64,000 bases of DNA, from NCBI GenBank assembly GCA_963768425.1, contig CAVYHV010000023.1:1-64000 (forward strand), in the 5' to 3' direction. This document shows, one piece after another, positions 9,562 to 19,589 of this stretch. The notes under the pieces are model-generated. The model searched no databases, had not been told where the DNA came from, and saw only the letters and a program-made list of their open reading frames with translations. Numbering within the stretch: position 1 is the first letter of the stretch; each line of letters starts with the position of its first letter. Both the position numbers and the translations under genes were made by a program. Source of the stretch: Candidatus Bathyarchaeota archaeon. GTDB lineage: Archaea > Thermoproteota > Bathyarchaeia > Bathyarchaeales > Bathycorpusculaceae.

Positions 9562-10428
9562 TTAAAACTTGCTTGGAGATGCATTGACTTGAATATCCAA
9601 GGCAGTTTGGTACCAGTTTGGACCCGTACTTCGAACCACACGAGAAAAAACAAAACTGTAGCTGACGCTTAAGCTGCCAAGTTTTTGGGCTACATTCAGC
9701 TTCGTCTTGTCAACGGGGTTCTCGTTTCCCGCAGCGTACTGGAAATCGTACAGGTGTATCCAGCCGCCTGATAGTTTTAGCGCCGAAATTGCGTATGGCA
9801 GGTATTCAAGGGCTTTTTCAGGTAGCGGCATCAGGACACGGTCAGTTTTGCCCTGCAACTGGGATTTGATTATGTCTTTTGAGTCCCCGAGCAAGGGAAT
9901 TACTTTACTGTAAACTCTATTAATTTTAACGTTCTCCTCCATGTAACGGAATGCTGCTGGGTTAACATCTATTGAGTACACTTTGGTCTGAGGCACATTT
10001 TTGGCGATTATTAGACTAAAGCAGCCTACTCCAGCAAACATGTTAACCACTGTCTCGCCGTTCTTGACAAGCGCCGCAATTCGTGCGCGTTCATGCGAAA
10101 GCCTGGGCGAAAAATAGCATTTCTCAACGTCGACTGCAAACACGCAGCCAGATTCCTTATAACGGGTGGTTGTTCTGCCGTCTCCAGCCACCAACTTCAA
10201 TTCTCTAACCCTGAAATCTCCCAAGATAGGGCCGGTCTGCCAAAAAACGGTTTTTATGCGTCTGTGAACGGCCAATATTTGCTTGGCAACAGCTTCAGCG
10301 TTAGCGACGTTATCGTTTGCCACTTTAAGGATCGCGATGTCACCTATTATGTCAAAGGAATTGTAGGTATGCTTCAACTCTTCCGACGGGAAATTGAGTG
10401 GTAATTTGTCTTTAAGGCGGCGTCTCAA
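9562..10428 (-). CDS. trm5: Trm5/Taw2 (Met-10+) family tRNA G37 methyltransferase
   Basis: FDIIGDIAI, YFSPRL..ER.RI, MFAGVG.F, DVNP.A, DRVLMPLP. Confidence 0.88.
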   Translation of the reverse strand: MRRRLKDKLPLNFPSEELKHTYNSFDIIGDIAILKVANDNVANAEAVAKQILAVHRRIKTVFWQTGPILGDFRVRELKLVAGDGRTTTRYKESGCVFAVDVEKCYFSPRLSHERARIAALVKNGETVVNMFAGVGCFSLIIAKNVPQTKVYSIDVNPAAFRYMEENVKINRVYSKVIPLLGDSKDIIKSQLQGKTDRVLMPLPEKALEYLPYAISALKLSGGWIHLYDFQYAAGNENPVDKTKLNVAQKLGSLSVSYSFVFSRVVRSTGPNWYQTALDIQVNASPSKF

Positions 10429-10507
10429 CTAATTATCCTCTTAAACCGAGTTTAGTGAGAAAACCTTTAAAAGCAAAATACTTTTCTTTGTAGGAGAGGC
10501 GTTTCCA

Positions 10508-10669
10508 ATGGAAAAATCAGGAATTGTTTATGAATGCATGAGATGCGGAGCACGAGTACCATCTGAAGAATTAGATCTACGGGGCGGAGAAACAAAATGC
10601 ATTATCTGCGGCTACAGGATTCTGAAGAAAATTAAGCCGCCCGTTGTTAAGCGTGTTCAATCAAAATAA
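10508..10669 (+). CDS. rpoP: RNA polymerase subunit Rpo12 (P); absent from the ORF track
   Basis: Manual translation MEKSGIVYECMRCGARV..KCIICGYRILKKIKPPVVKRVQSK*, with GGAGAGG SD upstream. Confidence 0.93.
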   Translation: MEKSGIVYECMRCGARVPSEELDLRGGETKCIICGYRILKKIKPPVVKRVQSK

Positions 10670-10727
10670 GAAAAGGGAAACTCGTGTTTGTTCACGAGTA
10701 ACTCAGTTTTTGTTTTTTTAAGTCATC

Positions 10728-11018
10728 TCAGTATATTTCTTTGTCCCCAAGTTTGCGCAAAGCTTTTCCTTTAATCCTTATCGCGTCACCTAAGAGATCA
10801 TCGTCCAAGTCCCTCTCGACTGTTTGCCGTTTTACGGTTTCTCCGCAAACTCCCATGGGCAGCAAACGCCTTTTTTGGCACATAGCGTAGGTGCAGTTTG
10901 CGACGCTGCAAAGTTCTTCAGTCAATCTGCACGAAGTGGAACCTCGTTGGTAGAAAGCAGAGTTTTTGCCGCATTTGAAAGCGCTGCATGTTGGAGAACA
11001 AGCTTTTGATTGAGCCAA
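10728..11018 (-). CDS. Small Cys-rich hypothetical protein
   Basis: Eight Cys in the N-terminal ~55 aa; GAGGTG SD before TTG at 11018. Confidence 0.7.
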   Translation of the reverse strand: MAQSKACSPTCSAFKCGKNSAFYQRGSTSCRLTEELCSVANCTYAMCQKRRLLPMGVCGETVKRQTVERDLDDDLLGDAIRIKGKALRKLGDKEIY

Positions 11019-11132
11019 TAGATACACCTCAAGTCAAATCAAAATGTTATGTTGCTGTTGTTTTGTCCTTGTTTTCTTTATGTTATTTGGAAAAGATATA
11101 AACTTTTTTCTAATCAAGGGGGAAATTGATGT

Positions 11133-13277
11133 TTAAGATTCAGCGTGACGACGTCTTCTTCGCATAAACATTTCAACAACGACTAGCACGATTACCGCTA
11201 TCACTATCAGAATAATGGTCAACAATGCGCTTGTCGGTATTAATAGTGAGCCAAGAGTCACGTAACCGCTCATTTTTATCTGCACAGATGTCGGCTGGTT
11301 AACGGTCAAAGATACGGCTTGGTAGCTGCTTTCTGCTCCTTTGGCGAACGCGACGATTTGCAAGTTGCCGCCGACTATGTTGTTGAACGTGGCGATTCCA
11401 TTTCCCTGAGTCGTTTCGGAGAATCGCTCTGAAGATGGACCGTTCACCGTAACATTAGCGTTTGAAATCGGAGACCCGAAGTAATCGACCACTGACACTT
11501 CCACTTGAATACCGTATAAGGTACAGCGAATCCTGTATTGACCTGCGCTGAAGGCTTTGACGGTTGTCTCATTGAGTAGAATGCCGTTTTGGTACACTTG
11601 TAGCTTATAGGTTCCAAAGGTGACAGATGCAACCGCTGATCCTGAACTGTCTGTTGTGGTTGTATAGAATAAGCCGTTTGTTAATTCGACGAGACTTATG
11701 CTTGCGCCGGAGATTGCGGCGTTATTATAGCCGACGACATTGATGGTCAAGGGCTCTGATGGACATGTAATCACAAATTGATAGATTGCTTGTGCAGGAA
11801 GGCTATCAATAGTATCGTTGCCTGTGTTGAATACTTTACCGTAAAGTGAAGCCTGGACAGTATAGCTTATTCCAGTTATCGTGGAGTTCAAGGTGTAGGT
11901 CCCTGTGACGCCTGTTTGAGCCGAAATGTTCGCGGTTTGAGAGGATCCGTACTGGTAGCTGATGGCCAAATTCACAAAAGGTAATGCCGTTCCATTTTCG
12001 TTTTGTACCTTAATTAAAAGGTTAGCTAACAGGCATGCAAAGTTAAAGTTGCCTGCGCCGGTAACTGTTATGTTTGTTTGGCCGACATTGACACCTTTGA
12101 ATGAAGCAGTCAAAATGTAGGGGCCAGCTTCCAGCTTGAAGTTTGCTTTACCGCTGCTGACGCTTGTGGCATTAGAAGACGTGTTGGAATTTTGGTCTTG
12201 AGCTTTAATGAAAATGTTTGGGGCTATTTGATTGTCAAGGTTTAGTGTTGTGATGCTGACCGAATACCCGGGAATCGAAAAAGTCTGTGAGTCAGGCACT
12301 AGTTTTGCGGTGCCGCTAGTTGTTGTGATTGTCACTTTGTAGTTTCCTACGGCTGCGTTCGTGGGAATTGGCAAAGGTGTGCTTATTACTCCACTGGCAT
12401 CAGTGGTTACTGAGGAGATCGATGTTAGGCTGGCACCTGTCGCTACATTGGTAACGCTGACCGACACCGTTTGCCCAGCTGAGTACCCCTGCGCTGCTAT
12501 CATTGCGGTTTGACCTCTGTGGTAAGTTGTTGAATCTAGGAAACCTACTGTAAACTGGTTTGAAGCCAAAGCCTGGGTCAGGTTAAAGTATAAGGTGTAA
12601 TTACCTGCGTAAACTGTGGTGGGTGATATACCAAGCGAGTCACTTGATAGGAAGTTGCTGCTTGGGAAGTCGATCTGTGTAGTTGCAGTTCCAATCGAAT
12701 TCGCAACCATAGACAATACATCCGAAAAGTTCCCGTTGAGTGGACTTGGGAGTACAACAGTAATGTTAGCTGTGTAGCTTGCACCTGAGTTGCCTCCGGT
12801 GACCGTGACAGTCAATGGTACAGTGCTGCCTTCCTGATTGTAAGAATTGGCAGGGGTTATGTTGTAGCCAGGTGTGATTAAGAACTGTTCAGGAGTGTTG
12901 CCGGTAGAGTTCAGGTTTCCTTCTTTAATGTCTTCGATCAGAAAGTTGTAGTCGCCGCCTGGAAGCTGAGGAACGGTAAAGTTTGTGTTGACGTATAATC
13001 CATCAGCTATGCCGCTTGCCACAATCGTGTTACCTATTATTACATTGAATGTGCCGTTTTTGACGTAGATTTCCCCTTTAATGTTGTAGAGTTGACCAGC
13101 TGACCCGTTGTACACACTCGGAGTTTGAACAAGCGAGTTTGCTTCGGATGCAGGAACAACCTGTATAATACTTACACCAAGTTGACTGCTTTGCCCAAGC
13201 ACATTGGCGAAAGGTGTAAGAGCAACCGCTAAAGACATAAAGACCAAGATGGTAACTGCAACAATCTTCTGATTCAA
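11133..13277 (-). CDS. Secreted, C-terminally anchored surface glycoprotein with Ig/carboxypeptidase-regulatory-like repeats
   Basis: Signal peptide, S/T/G/N-rich beta-sandwich repeats (PISNANVTV, TTDSSGSA), many NxS/T sequons, C-terminal TM + RRRRRH. Confidence 0.85.
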   Translation of the reverse strand: MNQKIVAVTILVFMSLAVALTPFANVLGQSSQLGVSIIQVVPASEANSLVQTPSVYNGSAGQLYNIKGEIYVKNGTFNVIIGNTIVASGIADGLYVNTNFTVPQLPGGDYNFLIEDIKEGNLNSTGNTPEQFLITPGYNITPANSYNQEGSTVPLTVTVTGGNSGASYTANITVVLPSPLNGNFSDVLSMVANSIGTATTQIDFPSSNFLSSDSLGISPTTVYAGNYTLYFNLTQALASNQFTVGFLDSTTYHRGQTAMIAAQGYSAGQTVSVSVTNVATGASLTSISSVTTDASGVISTPLPIPTNAAVGNYKVTITTTSGTAKLVPDSQTFSIPGYSVSITTLNLDNQIAPNIFIKAQDQNSNTSSNATSVSSGKANFKLEAGPYILTASFKGVNVGQTNITVTGAGNFNFACLLANLLIKVQNENGTALPFVNLAISYQYGSSQTANISAQTGVTGTYTLNSTITGISYTVQASLYGKVFNTGNDTIDSLPAQAIYQFVITCPSEPLTINVVGYNNAAISGASISLVELTNGLFYTTTTDSSGSAVASVTFGTYKLQVYQNGILLNETTVKAFSAGQYRIRCTLYGIQVEVSVVDYFGSPISNANVTVNGPSSERFSETTQGNGIATFNNIVGGNLQIVAFAKGAESSYQAVSLTVNQPTSVQIKMSGYVTLGSLLIPTSALLTIILIVIAVIVLVVVEMFMRRRRRHAES

Positions 13278-13481
13278 ACCTCTCTGCTCTCCCGAAATGA
13301 TACTATCCTCTATAGTTGACTCATGATTAATTAAGAGATGATTTTAAACTTTGCCGTTTAACCTCCAAATAAAGGACTCACCGCACCAAGACAATATCAT
13401 CATGGATAATCCAAGCTTAAAAGTAACCTTGAGGAACGGGATTTTTAAAAGAACGAACATTCTATCTGTACATAAATTTCG

Positions 13482-14453
13482 GTGGAAGAGTTGGAAGAAA
13501 ACACGGCAGCCACGCTTTCAAGCGCCCTAAAGAAACAAAAATACCATCTGGTCGGCAGCCACTCAGCAGTTAAAAGGTGCAAGTGGCTCTATGAATCCAT
13601 AATCAATGACCGACCCTGTTACAAACAGAAGTTTTACGGCATAAAATCGCACAGATGCATCCAAATGACACCCAGCCTCTACTACTGCACCCAGCAATGC
13701 CTGTTCTGCTGGAGAGCACAAAGCGGCGACCTGCAAGTCACCTGGGACGAAACAAGAATTCCCAAAGTTGACTCGCCTGAGGCGATCGTTGAGGGATGTT
13801 TGAAGGCACAAGAAAAAATTTTAACGGGGTATAAGGGCAACGAAAAAGCAAACTGGCGCAAATTCCAAGAAGCCTTGACACCCAAACAAGTTGCCATAAG
13901 CTTAACAGGGGAACCAACACTGTACGAACCACTCGGCGAGCTTATTCGAACTTTCAAGCAGAAAGGCTTAACCACTTTCCTCGTAAGCAACGGAACCCTT
14001 CCCTCAAAACTTTCAACTCTCAGCCAGGAGCCAACCCAACTCTACATTTCAGTATGCGCTCCAAATGAGCAGTTGTACAAGCGGGTTTGCCGACCCGAGT
14101 TCCCAAGCGCGTGGGCAAAACTAAATGAAACGCTTAGTTTGCTTCAGAGTTTCCGTTGCCCTACAGTTATTCGGACAACACTTGTTAAAGAATTGAACAT
14201 GAATCAAATAGACGAGTATGCAAAACTCGTTGAAATGGCCAATCCAACCTACATTGAAGCCAAAGCGTACATGCATATTGGCTTCTCGAACCTGCGTTTA
14301 GGGTTTGAACGAATGCCTATGCACAGCGAAGTCAAGGATTTTGCCAAAAAACTATCGGAGAAGACAGGTTACATGATAATTAACGAAGCACCAGAAAGCA
14401 GGGTAGTGCTGCTGAGTAAGTTGAAAAAGGCAATCCAAGTTGGGAGCGACTAA
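13482..14453 (+). CDS. taw1: 4-demethylwyosine synthase (radical SAM)
   Basis: HSAVKRCKW, CYKQKFYGI.SHRCIQMTP, CTQQCLFCWR, SLTGEP. Confidence 0.95.
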   Translation: MEELEENTAATLSSALKKQKYHLVGSHSAVKRCKWLYESIINDRPCYKQKFYGIKSHRCIQMTPSLYYCTQQCLFCWRAQSGDLQVTWDETRIPKVDSPEAIVEGCLKAQEKILTGYKGNEKANWRKFQEALTPKQVAISLTGEPTLYEPLGELIRTFKQKGLTTFLVSNGTLPSKLSTLSQEPTQLYISVCAPNEQLYKRVCRPEFPSAWAKLNETLSLLQSFRCPTVIRTTLVKELNMNQIDEYAKLVEMANPTYIEAKAYMHIGFSNLRLGFERMPMHSEVKDFAKKLSEKTGYMIINEAPESRVVLLSKLKKAIQVGSD

Positions 14454-14799
14454 ACCCTGATTCTGAGATTTTGCTTAACTTTCGCTTTGACACATTTTTG
14501 TGTTTAAGTATAGTCAAAAATATCATATTCCCTTAGATGCCTTAGCGGCTTGTTCTTTACGGTGAATCAGTAACAAGTAGTAACCTACCTTGCAGCGTCC
14601 TAATCTCTTTCACCACCTTCCCCACCAGTCTAAAAGTGAAACCAAAGGCACATATAAAATATCCAAACAGGCGCATGTCATAGGCTGAACGACGGAGGAC
14701 AAACGCTTTCCTTGGTCGAGAGCCGCCAACGCGCAGAGTTGAACAAGGCGTAAATAGTTATTTTTTTCCTTATGACTTAACTGATAAGCGGTTGTATGT

Positions 14800-14983
14800 A
14801 TGGTCAGCGAAGGAAAGGGACGTCTGTTCAGGAGAAAAGACGGAAAATGCATTGGTTTATTTACCCAAAGACCTTGCTGAAGACAGCATGTTCCCATTCA
14901 AAGTAACCGACTCAAGGTTTGTCAAAGTAAGCTTTGTTTTGGGCGGCAGCAAAGTTCTGATAGAGAAATGGCCTGACGCCTAA
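14800..14983 (+). CDS. Small hypothetical protein (AbrB-like appearance), frameshifted ~14850
   Basis: ATG 14800 MVSEGKGRLFRRKDGK joins, after a one-base shift, LVYLPKDLAEDSMFPF..KVLIEKW. Confidence 0.55.
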
Positions 14984-15038
14984 GTTCAGCCGTCATAAAG
15001 AAATTGAAATAAACTACGAAACAATTCAACTTATTCTG

Positions 15039-15710
15039 ATGATGCCCTTGTCCGGTTTGGAAAACGTTTTGCAAGAAGTAAAAAAAGAGCTCATGCAAAA
15101 AAACAAAATCCGAGAGGAAACGCATGAAAGCATGCGCAAAGCAACAAGCCTATCCAAACAAGCCATCCTGCTAATCCACCAAAAAAGATACGTCGAAGCC
15201 GAAAAACTCATTGCTGAAGCAAAAGAAAAAATCTCAACTCTCCAAACCTTATCGGACGACTGCCCCGAAGTCATCTACGGTGGCATGTTCAGCGCGGCAC
15301 TCCAAGAATATTCAGAAGCACGCATCTTCCTAATTTTAGTTAAAGAGTCTCGTTTTGTCACCCCAGCTGAAATTAGCGTTCCCTCAATTGATTACGTGCT
15401 CGGTTTAGCCGATGTAGTAGGCGAATATAGGCGTTTAGCGCTTGATAACCTACGGGAAGGCGAAGTCAAGAAAGGAGAAGAATGCCTTGAAATCATGGAT
15501 CAAGTATTTATCCAACTCTTGGGACTCGACGAAGCATACATGCTTGTTCCAGGTCTCAGGCACAAATCTGACATTGCACGAAGAATAATCGAAACAACCC
15601 GCGGCGACGTCACATTTGAAATCCGCAGAAAATCCCTCGAAGACTATCTGAAAATGTTTGAACCTCGAAAACTAACAGCCAAACGCAAACCACGAAAGGA
15701 AAAAACTTGA
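15039..15710 (+). CDS. Translin/Trax family protein
   Basis: Helical protein with QEYSEA, YVLGLADVVGEYRR, LRHKSD motifs. Confidence 0.88.
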   Translation: MMPLSGLENVLQEVKKELMQKNKIREETHESMRKATSLSKQAILLIHQKRYVEAEKLIAEAKEKISTLQTLSDDCPEVIYGGMFSAALQEYSEARIFLILVKESRFVTPAEISVPSIDYVLGLADVVGEYRRLALDNLREGEVKKGEECLEIMDQVFIQLLGLDEAYMLVPGLRHKSDIARRIIETTRGDVTFEIRRKSLEDYLKMFEPRKLTAKRKPRKEKT

Positions 15711-16396
15711 GTCAACCCCGCAAACTAACGAAGAATTTCTCAGTGGAAAAGGCACATAAAACTCAGCGTTCCCTTTCAAAGAAAATAATTTTGGAAGACA
15801 GGTTACCAAAGCACGTTAAAATGGTCGCGGGCGTAGATGTTTCATATGTCGGCGATGTGGGGATAGGCGCCGTGGCAGTCTTGGATTATGAGTCCCTCAA
15901 ACTTCTTGAATCAGAAGTTGCCATCTGCCCTGTGAAGATGCCGTATATTCCAACTTTGCTTTCTTTTCGGGAAATCCTTCCTGCAATGGCAGCAATCAAG
16001 AAATTGAAGATTCCACCAGACGTGTTCTTTGTTGACGCACATGGATACGCTCACCCATATAGGTGCGGATTTGCAAGTCACCTTGGCCTTGCATTGGGAA
16101 AACCGACGATAGGAGTTGCCAAAAGCCGATTAATAGGCAAACCAGTAAAGATGCAGGGGCAAACCTTTTTGGTCGATAATGAAGAAGTCATCGGCGCGGT
16201 GGTTGAAACGAAGCGGACCGCAAAACCCATTTTCGTAAGCATCGGCCACATGGTTTCTCTTGAAACAGCGGTGAAAATTGTTTTGCACTGCTCGAAAACC
16301 CGGATTCCAGAGCCGACCTTACAGGCTCACAATTTAGCGACCGGGCAAAGAAATAGCTTGATGTTTCAAAGCAAAGTAAATATCGCTGAAAAGTGA
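15707..16396 (+). CDS. nfi: Endonuclease V
   Basis: VAGVDVSY, PYIPTLLSFRE, DAHGYAHP..CGFASH, IGVAKS, FVSIGH. Confidence 0.95.
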   Translation: MSQPRKLTKNFSVEKAHKTQRSLSKKIILEDRLPKHVKMVAGVDVSYVGDVGIGAVAVLDYESLKLLESEVAICPVKMPYIPTLLSFREILPAMAAIKKLKIPPDVFFVDAHGYAHPYRCGFASHLGLALGKPTIGVAKSRLIGKPVKMQGQTFLVDNEEVIGAVVETKRTAKPIFVSIGHMVSLETAVKIVLHCSKTRIPEPTLQAHNLATGQRNSLMFQSKVNIAEK

Positions 16397-16421
16397 ACTT
16401 ATCGTTAGAGCGTGAACGGGT

Positions 16422-16754
16422 TTGGCTGAAGAAATATCCTTCGAGGAGTTCCAAAAACTTGACCTGCGAATAGGGAAGGTAATTGAAGCAACGCAGATTC
16501 CTAACTCAAAGAAGCTCATCAAACTGACTGTTGACTTTGGACCTGAGAAAAGGCAAGCGGTTGCAGGATTGCTAAAGTATTATACACCTGAGCAGTTGGT
16601 CGGCAAAAAATGCGTTTTTCTCTTAAATCTGCAAAGGCGTGTTTTGGCAGGGGTCGAATCGCAATGCATGATTTTGGCTGCTGAAGACAGTGAAGCCAAC
16701 GTGACGGTGCTCATGCCTGAGAAAGACATTGCTGAAGGCAGCAAAATCGGTTAA
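16422..16754 (+). CDS. Stand-alone tRNA-binding OB-fold protein (MetRS C-terminal/Trbp111/CsaA-like)
   Basis: ISFEEFQKLDLRIGKV, RQAVAGL..YY, GVESQCMILAA. Confidence 0.9.
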   Translation: MAEEISFEEFQKLDLRIGKVIEATQIPNSKKLIKLTVDFGPEKRQAVAGLLKYYTPEQLVGKKCVFLLNLQRRVLAGVESQCMILAAEDSEANVTVLMPEKDIAEGSKIG

Positions 16755-16863
16755 AGAAGCCCAACACAACTTGTCCGCGATTAAGTTAAATGCGTCTGGG
16801 GAAAATTTAAATGCGTAAGTTCTAACACGTTATTGTAAATTTATTGTGAAAGGTGTTTACTTA

Positions 16864-17868
16864 ATGGCTGCTAACGAAGAAGCACTTATGTGGGTTGAAA
16901 AGTACCGCCCAAAAAATCTAAATGAAGTCGTAGACTTATGTGACATCGTTGAAAGCCTCAAAGCTTTCATGAAAAAACCCAAAACTATGCCCCACCTTAT
17001 GTTCGCCGGCATACCAGGCACAGGGAAAACCACCCTCGCCCTTTGCATTGCACACGAACTTTTTGGTCCCAACTGGAAAAGCTTCACATTGGAACTAAAC
17101 GCATCCGACGAAAGAGGCATCGACACCGTTCGTGAAAGAATAAAGGATTTCTCGCGTTACAGCCGATCAGGCTTCGAAAACGTACCATTTTCCCTAATTA
17201 TTCTGGACGAATGCGACCAGATGACGGGTCCCGCCCAAACAGCGTTGAGAAGAATCATGGAGACAGGTTCCCGAACATCAAGGTTCATTCTAATTTGCAA
17301 CCAATCGAGCAAAATTATTGAGCCCATACAGAGCCGTTGCGCCATCTTCCGTTTTTCAAAACTTGATAAGCAAGCTATGAAGGAGCATCTTGAATGCCTT
17401 GCTAAAAAAGAAAATGTCAAGCTGACGCCAGAAGCAGCCGACAGAATCGTGGATTTCTCTGAAGGCGACCTCCGACACGCCATAAACGTGTTACAGACTG
17501 CTTCATCCTACAGGGAAGGCTTGGTGGATGAGAAAACAGTGTCCTTAGTCATAGGGGAAGCCAGTCCAGCGCAGGTCCAACAGATGATTAGGAAAGCCTT
17601 GTTCGGAGACTTTATGGAAGCTCGAAAAAAAATGTATGAAATAATGGGCTCCTACGGGTTTTCAGGCTCAGAAATAATACGACAGGTGCAACGGGAAATC
17701 TTCAAAATGTCAGATTTGACACCTGAGCAAAAAGCAGAAATCTCAAACGTAATCGGCGAATACGATTACCGGTTAACACAGGGCGCCAACAGCGACATAC
17801 AACTAAGCGCGCTGCTCGCGCAATTCGCCAAATTCGGCAGAGGCATCATGGAAACCTATGAAAAATGA
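16864..17868 (+). CDS. rfcS: Replication factor C small subunit
   Basis: WVEKYRP, GIPGTGKT, ELNASDERG, DECD, IQSRC. Confidence 0.96.
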   Translation: MAANEEALMWVEKYRPKNLNEVVDLCDIVESLKAFMKKPKTMPHLMFAGIPGTGKTTLALCIAHELFGPNWKSFTLELNASDERGIDTVRERIKDFSRYSRSGFENVPFSLIILDECDQMTGPAQTALRRIMETGSRTSRFILICNQSSKIIEPIQSRCAIFRFSKLDKQAMKEHLECLAKKENVKLTPEAADRIVDFSEGDLRHAINVLQTASSYREGLVDEKTVSLVIGEASPAQVQQMIRKALFGDFMEARKKMYEIMGSYGFSGSEIIRQVQREIFKMSDLTPEQKAEISNVIGEYDYRLTQGANSDIQLSALLAQFAKFGRGIMETYEK

Positions 17869-19096
17869 CATTTTATGGGTTGAAAAGTACCGCCCCCAAA
17901 AAATAGAGGACATAGTGGGCAACGAAGAAGCGAAAGCCTCATTCGTCGACTGGCTAAAAGGTAAAAGCAGAAGCAAAAAGAAAGCGGTACTTCTGTATGG
18001 ACCTCCTGGAGTGGGAAAAACAGCGCTTGCTAACGCTGCCGCAAAAGAGTTCGGCTTCACCATCATCGAGATGAATGCCAGCGACACCCGCTCAGAAAAA
18101 GCCATCAACGCCATCGCAAAACCCGCCACCTCCTACCTCGCCCTCGACCACTTCTCGATCTCAACCCAAAGCAAAGGGAATATTCTCTTCCTGGATGAAG
18201 TCGATGGTATCGCAGGTAACGAAGACAGAGGCGGCGTAAGCGCCATTATAGAAATCGTGGAGAAATCCCAAGTTCCTGTTATCATGGCGGCAAACGACCC
18301 TGACATAGATAAGCTTAGACCCCTCAAAAAAGTTTGTTTGCTCATACGTTTTCAACAAATACGAATCCCACTCCTCATCGCTTTGTTGCAGAAAATCTGT
18401 CTATTGGAACATGTCAAAGCCCAGTTTGAAGCTCTCGAACACATTGCCCAGAACAGTCGAGGAGACGTACGGTCAGCAATAAACGACTTGCAAAGCCTCA
18501 GCGAAGAAAACCATATCCTAACCCTTCAAGACACCATGGCATTGAGTTCAAGAAACAAAGACATCAGCATGGACGAAACGCTAAGAGGATACTTTTCAGC
18601 AAAATCCATCCAAGAAGCGTCAACTTTGCTAAGCCGATCAAACGTTGATTACGATGAATTTCTGATGTCGGTAAGCGACAACTTGCCCAAACGGTACACT
18701 AACCCAATTGAGCTTTCAGCCGCCTACAATTTTATCTCTCAAGCTGACATTTACCGTGGCAGAGTCGGAACTGAAAACTGGCATCTTCTAAAATACTTCT
18801 TCAACTCCATGTCTCAAGCTGCATCGGTTTGCCCTCAGTCATACCAACCCTTCGAATTAATCACGCCGCCCATACGCATCATCACCCTGTTTTGGACCAA
18901 AGGCAAAAGGTCAATGCTAGACGCCATCTGCGGCAAAATAGGAGCCCAATGCCACGTGTCCCACTCGAAAGCAAAACACGACTTCGTTCCCTACGTCAAA
19001 ACCCTGCTGCAACAACAGAAAACAAGCGCCCTGATTTCCTGGTTCAACTTCACACCAGAAGAAGTAGATTTCCTCGCTAAAATGAACAGGTACTAG
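17858..19096 (+). CDS. rfcL: Replication factor C large subunit
   Basis: WVEKYRP, GPPGVGKT, EMNASD.R, DEVDG..DRGG; follows rfcS. Confidence 0.94.
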   Translation: MKNDILWVEKYRPQKIEDIVGNEEAKASFVDWLKGKSRSKKKAVLLYGPPGVGKTALANAAAKEFGFTIIEMNASDTRSEKAINAIAKPATSYLALDHFSISTQSKGNILFLDEVDGIAGNEDRGGVSAIIEIVEKSQVPVIMAANDPDIDKLRPLKKVCLLIRFQQIRIPLLIALLQKICLLEHVKAQFEALEHIAQNSRGDVRSAINDLQSLSEENHILTLQDTMALSSRNKDISMDETLRGYFSAKSIQEASTLLSRSNVDYDEFLMSVSDNLPKRYTNPIELSAAYNFISQADIYRGRVGTENWHLLKYFFNSMSQAASVCPQSYQPFELITPPIRIITLFWTKGKRSMLDAICGKIGAQCHVSHSKAKHDFVPYVKTLLQQQKTSALISWFNFTPEEVDFLAKMNRY

Positions 19097-19106
19097 GAGA
19101 AACAAC

Positions 19107-19442
19107 GTGACAATATTAAATCCGAAGGGATTCACGCTTCCGAGGGTTGAGCGAGAAAAATTTGTGCTTCTAATGAATCTGGGTCTTGATTACAACAGAG
19201 AACGCATGCTCTTCTTCATAAAAGACTGCAACAACATCGAAAAACTCATAGATACAATCGGCGCCACATTGGGCACTGAAGTGGTTTTCCTTCAAAGCTG
19301 CACCAGATGCGGCAAAGAGTTCCCCTGCGCTGACTGCAAATACCTCGACCTATGTACCACCAAAAACCTTCCGCTCAGCTGCGTCTGCCCGCAATGTCTC
19401 AGAGACAGAAAACAATTCGAAGAATACCTTGAAAAATTCTAA
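19107..19442 (+). CDS. Cys-rich hypothetical protein (putative Zn-binding)
   Basis: CTRC..CADC....C..CVCPQC; co-oriented 10 bp after rfcL. Confidence 0.75.
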   Translation: MTILNPKGFTLPRVEREKFVLLMNLGLDYNRERMLFFIKDCNNIEKLIDTIGATLGTEVVFLQSCTRCGKEFPCADCKYLDLCTTKNLPLSCVCPQCLRDRKQFEEYLEKF

Positions 19443-19589
19443 CGCCGCTTCCACTGTTTTTTCAAAAGCCGTTAACTGGCATGTTTTGAACTAATCCCAC
19501 TCACTTATTGTGTGTACTTTTTGTGTTTACCAGCTGTGAACTGACTATTTATTGAGATTCACCGATTTACCCAGATAGAAGTGAATCGG

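Noticed and set aside
11133-11300. Surface protein as the archaeosortase substrate
   Set aside because: TM and basic tail are present, but no PGF/PEF-type motif precedes the TM; no evidence beyond co-occurrence
14530-14610. AGTAAC repeated at 10-bp spacing before CCTTGCA as another array copy
   Set aside because: Only two units, and the downstream flank does not match
17858-19096. RFC large subunit lacking a C-terminal PIP tail
   Set aside because: Tail-less ~400-aa RfcL is normal in TACK archaea
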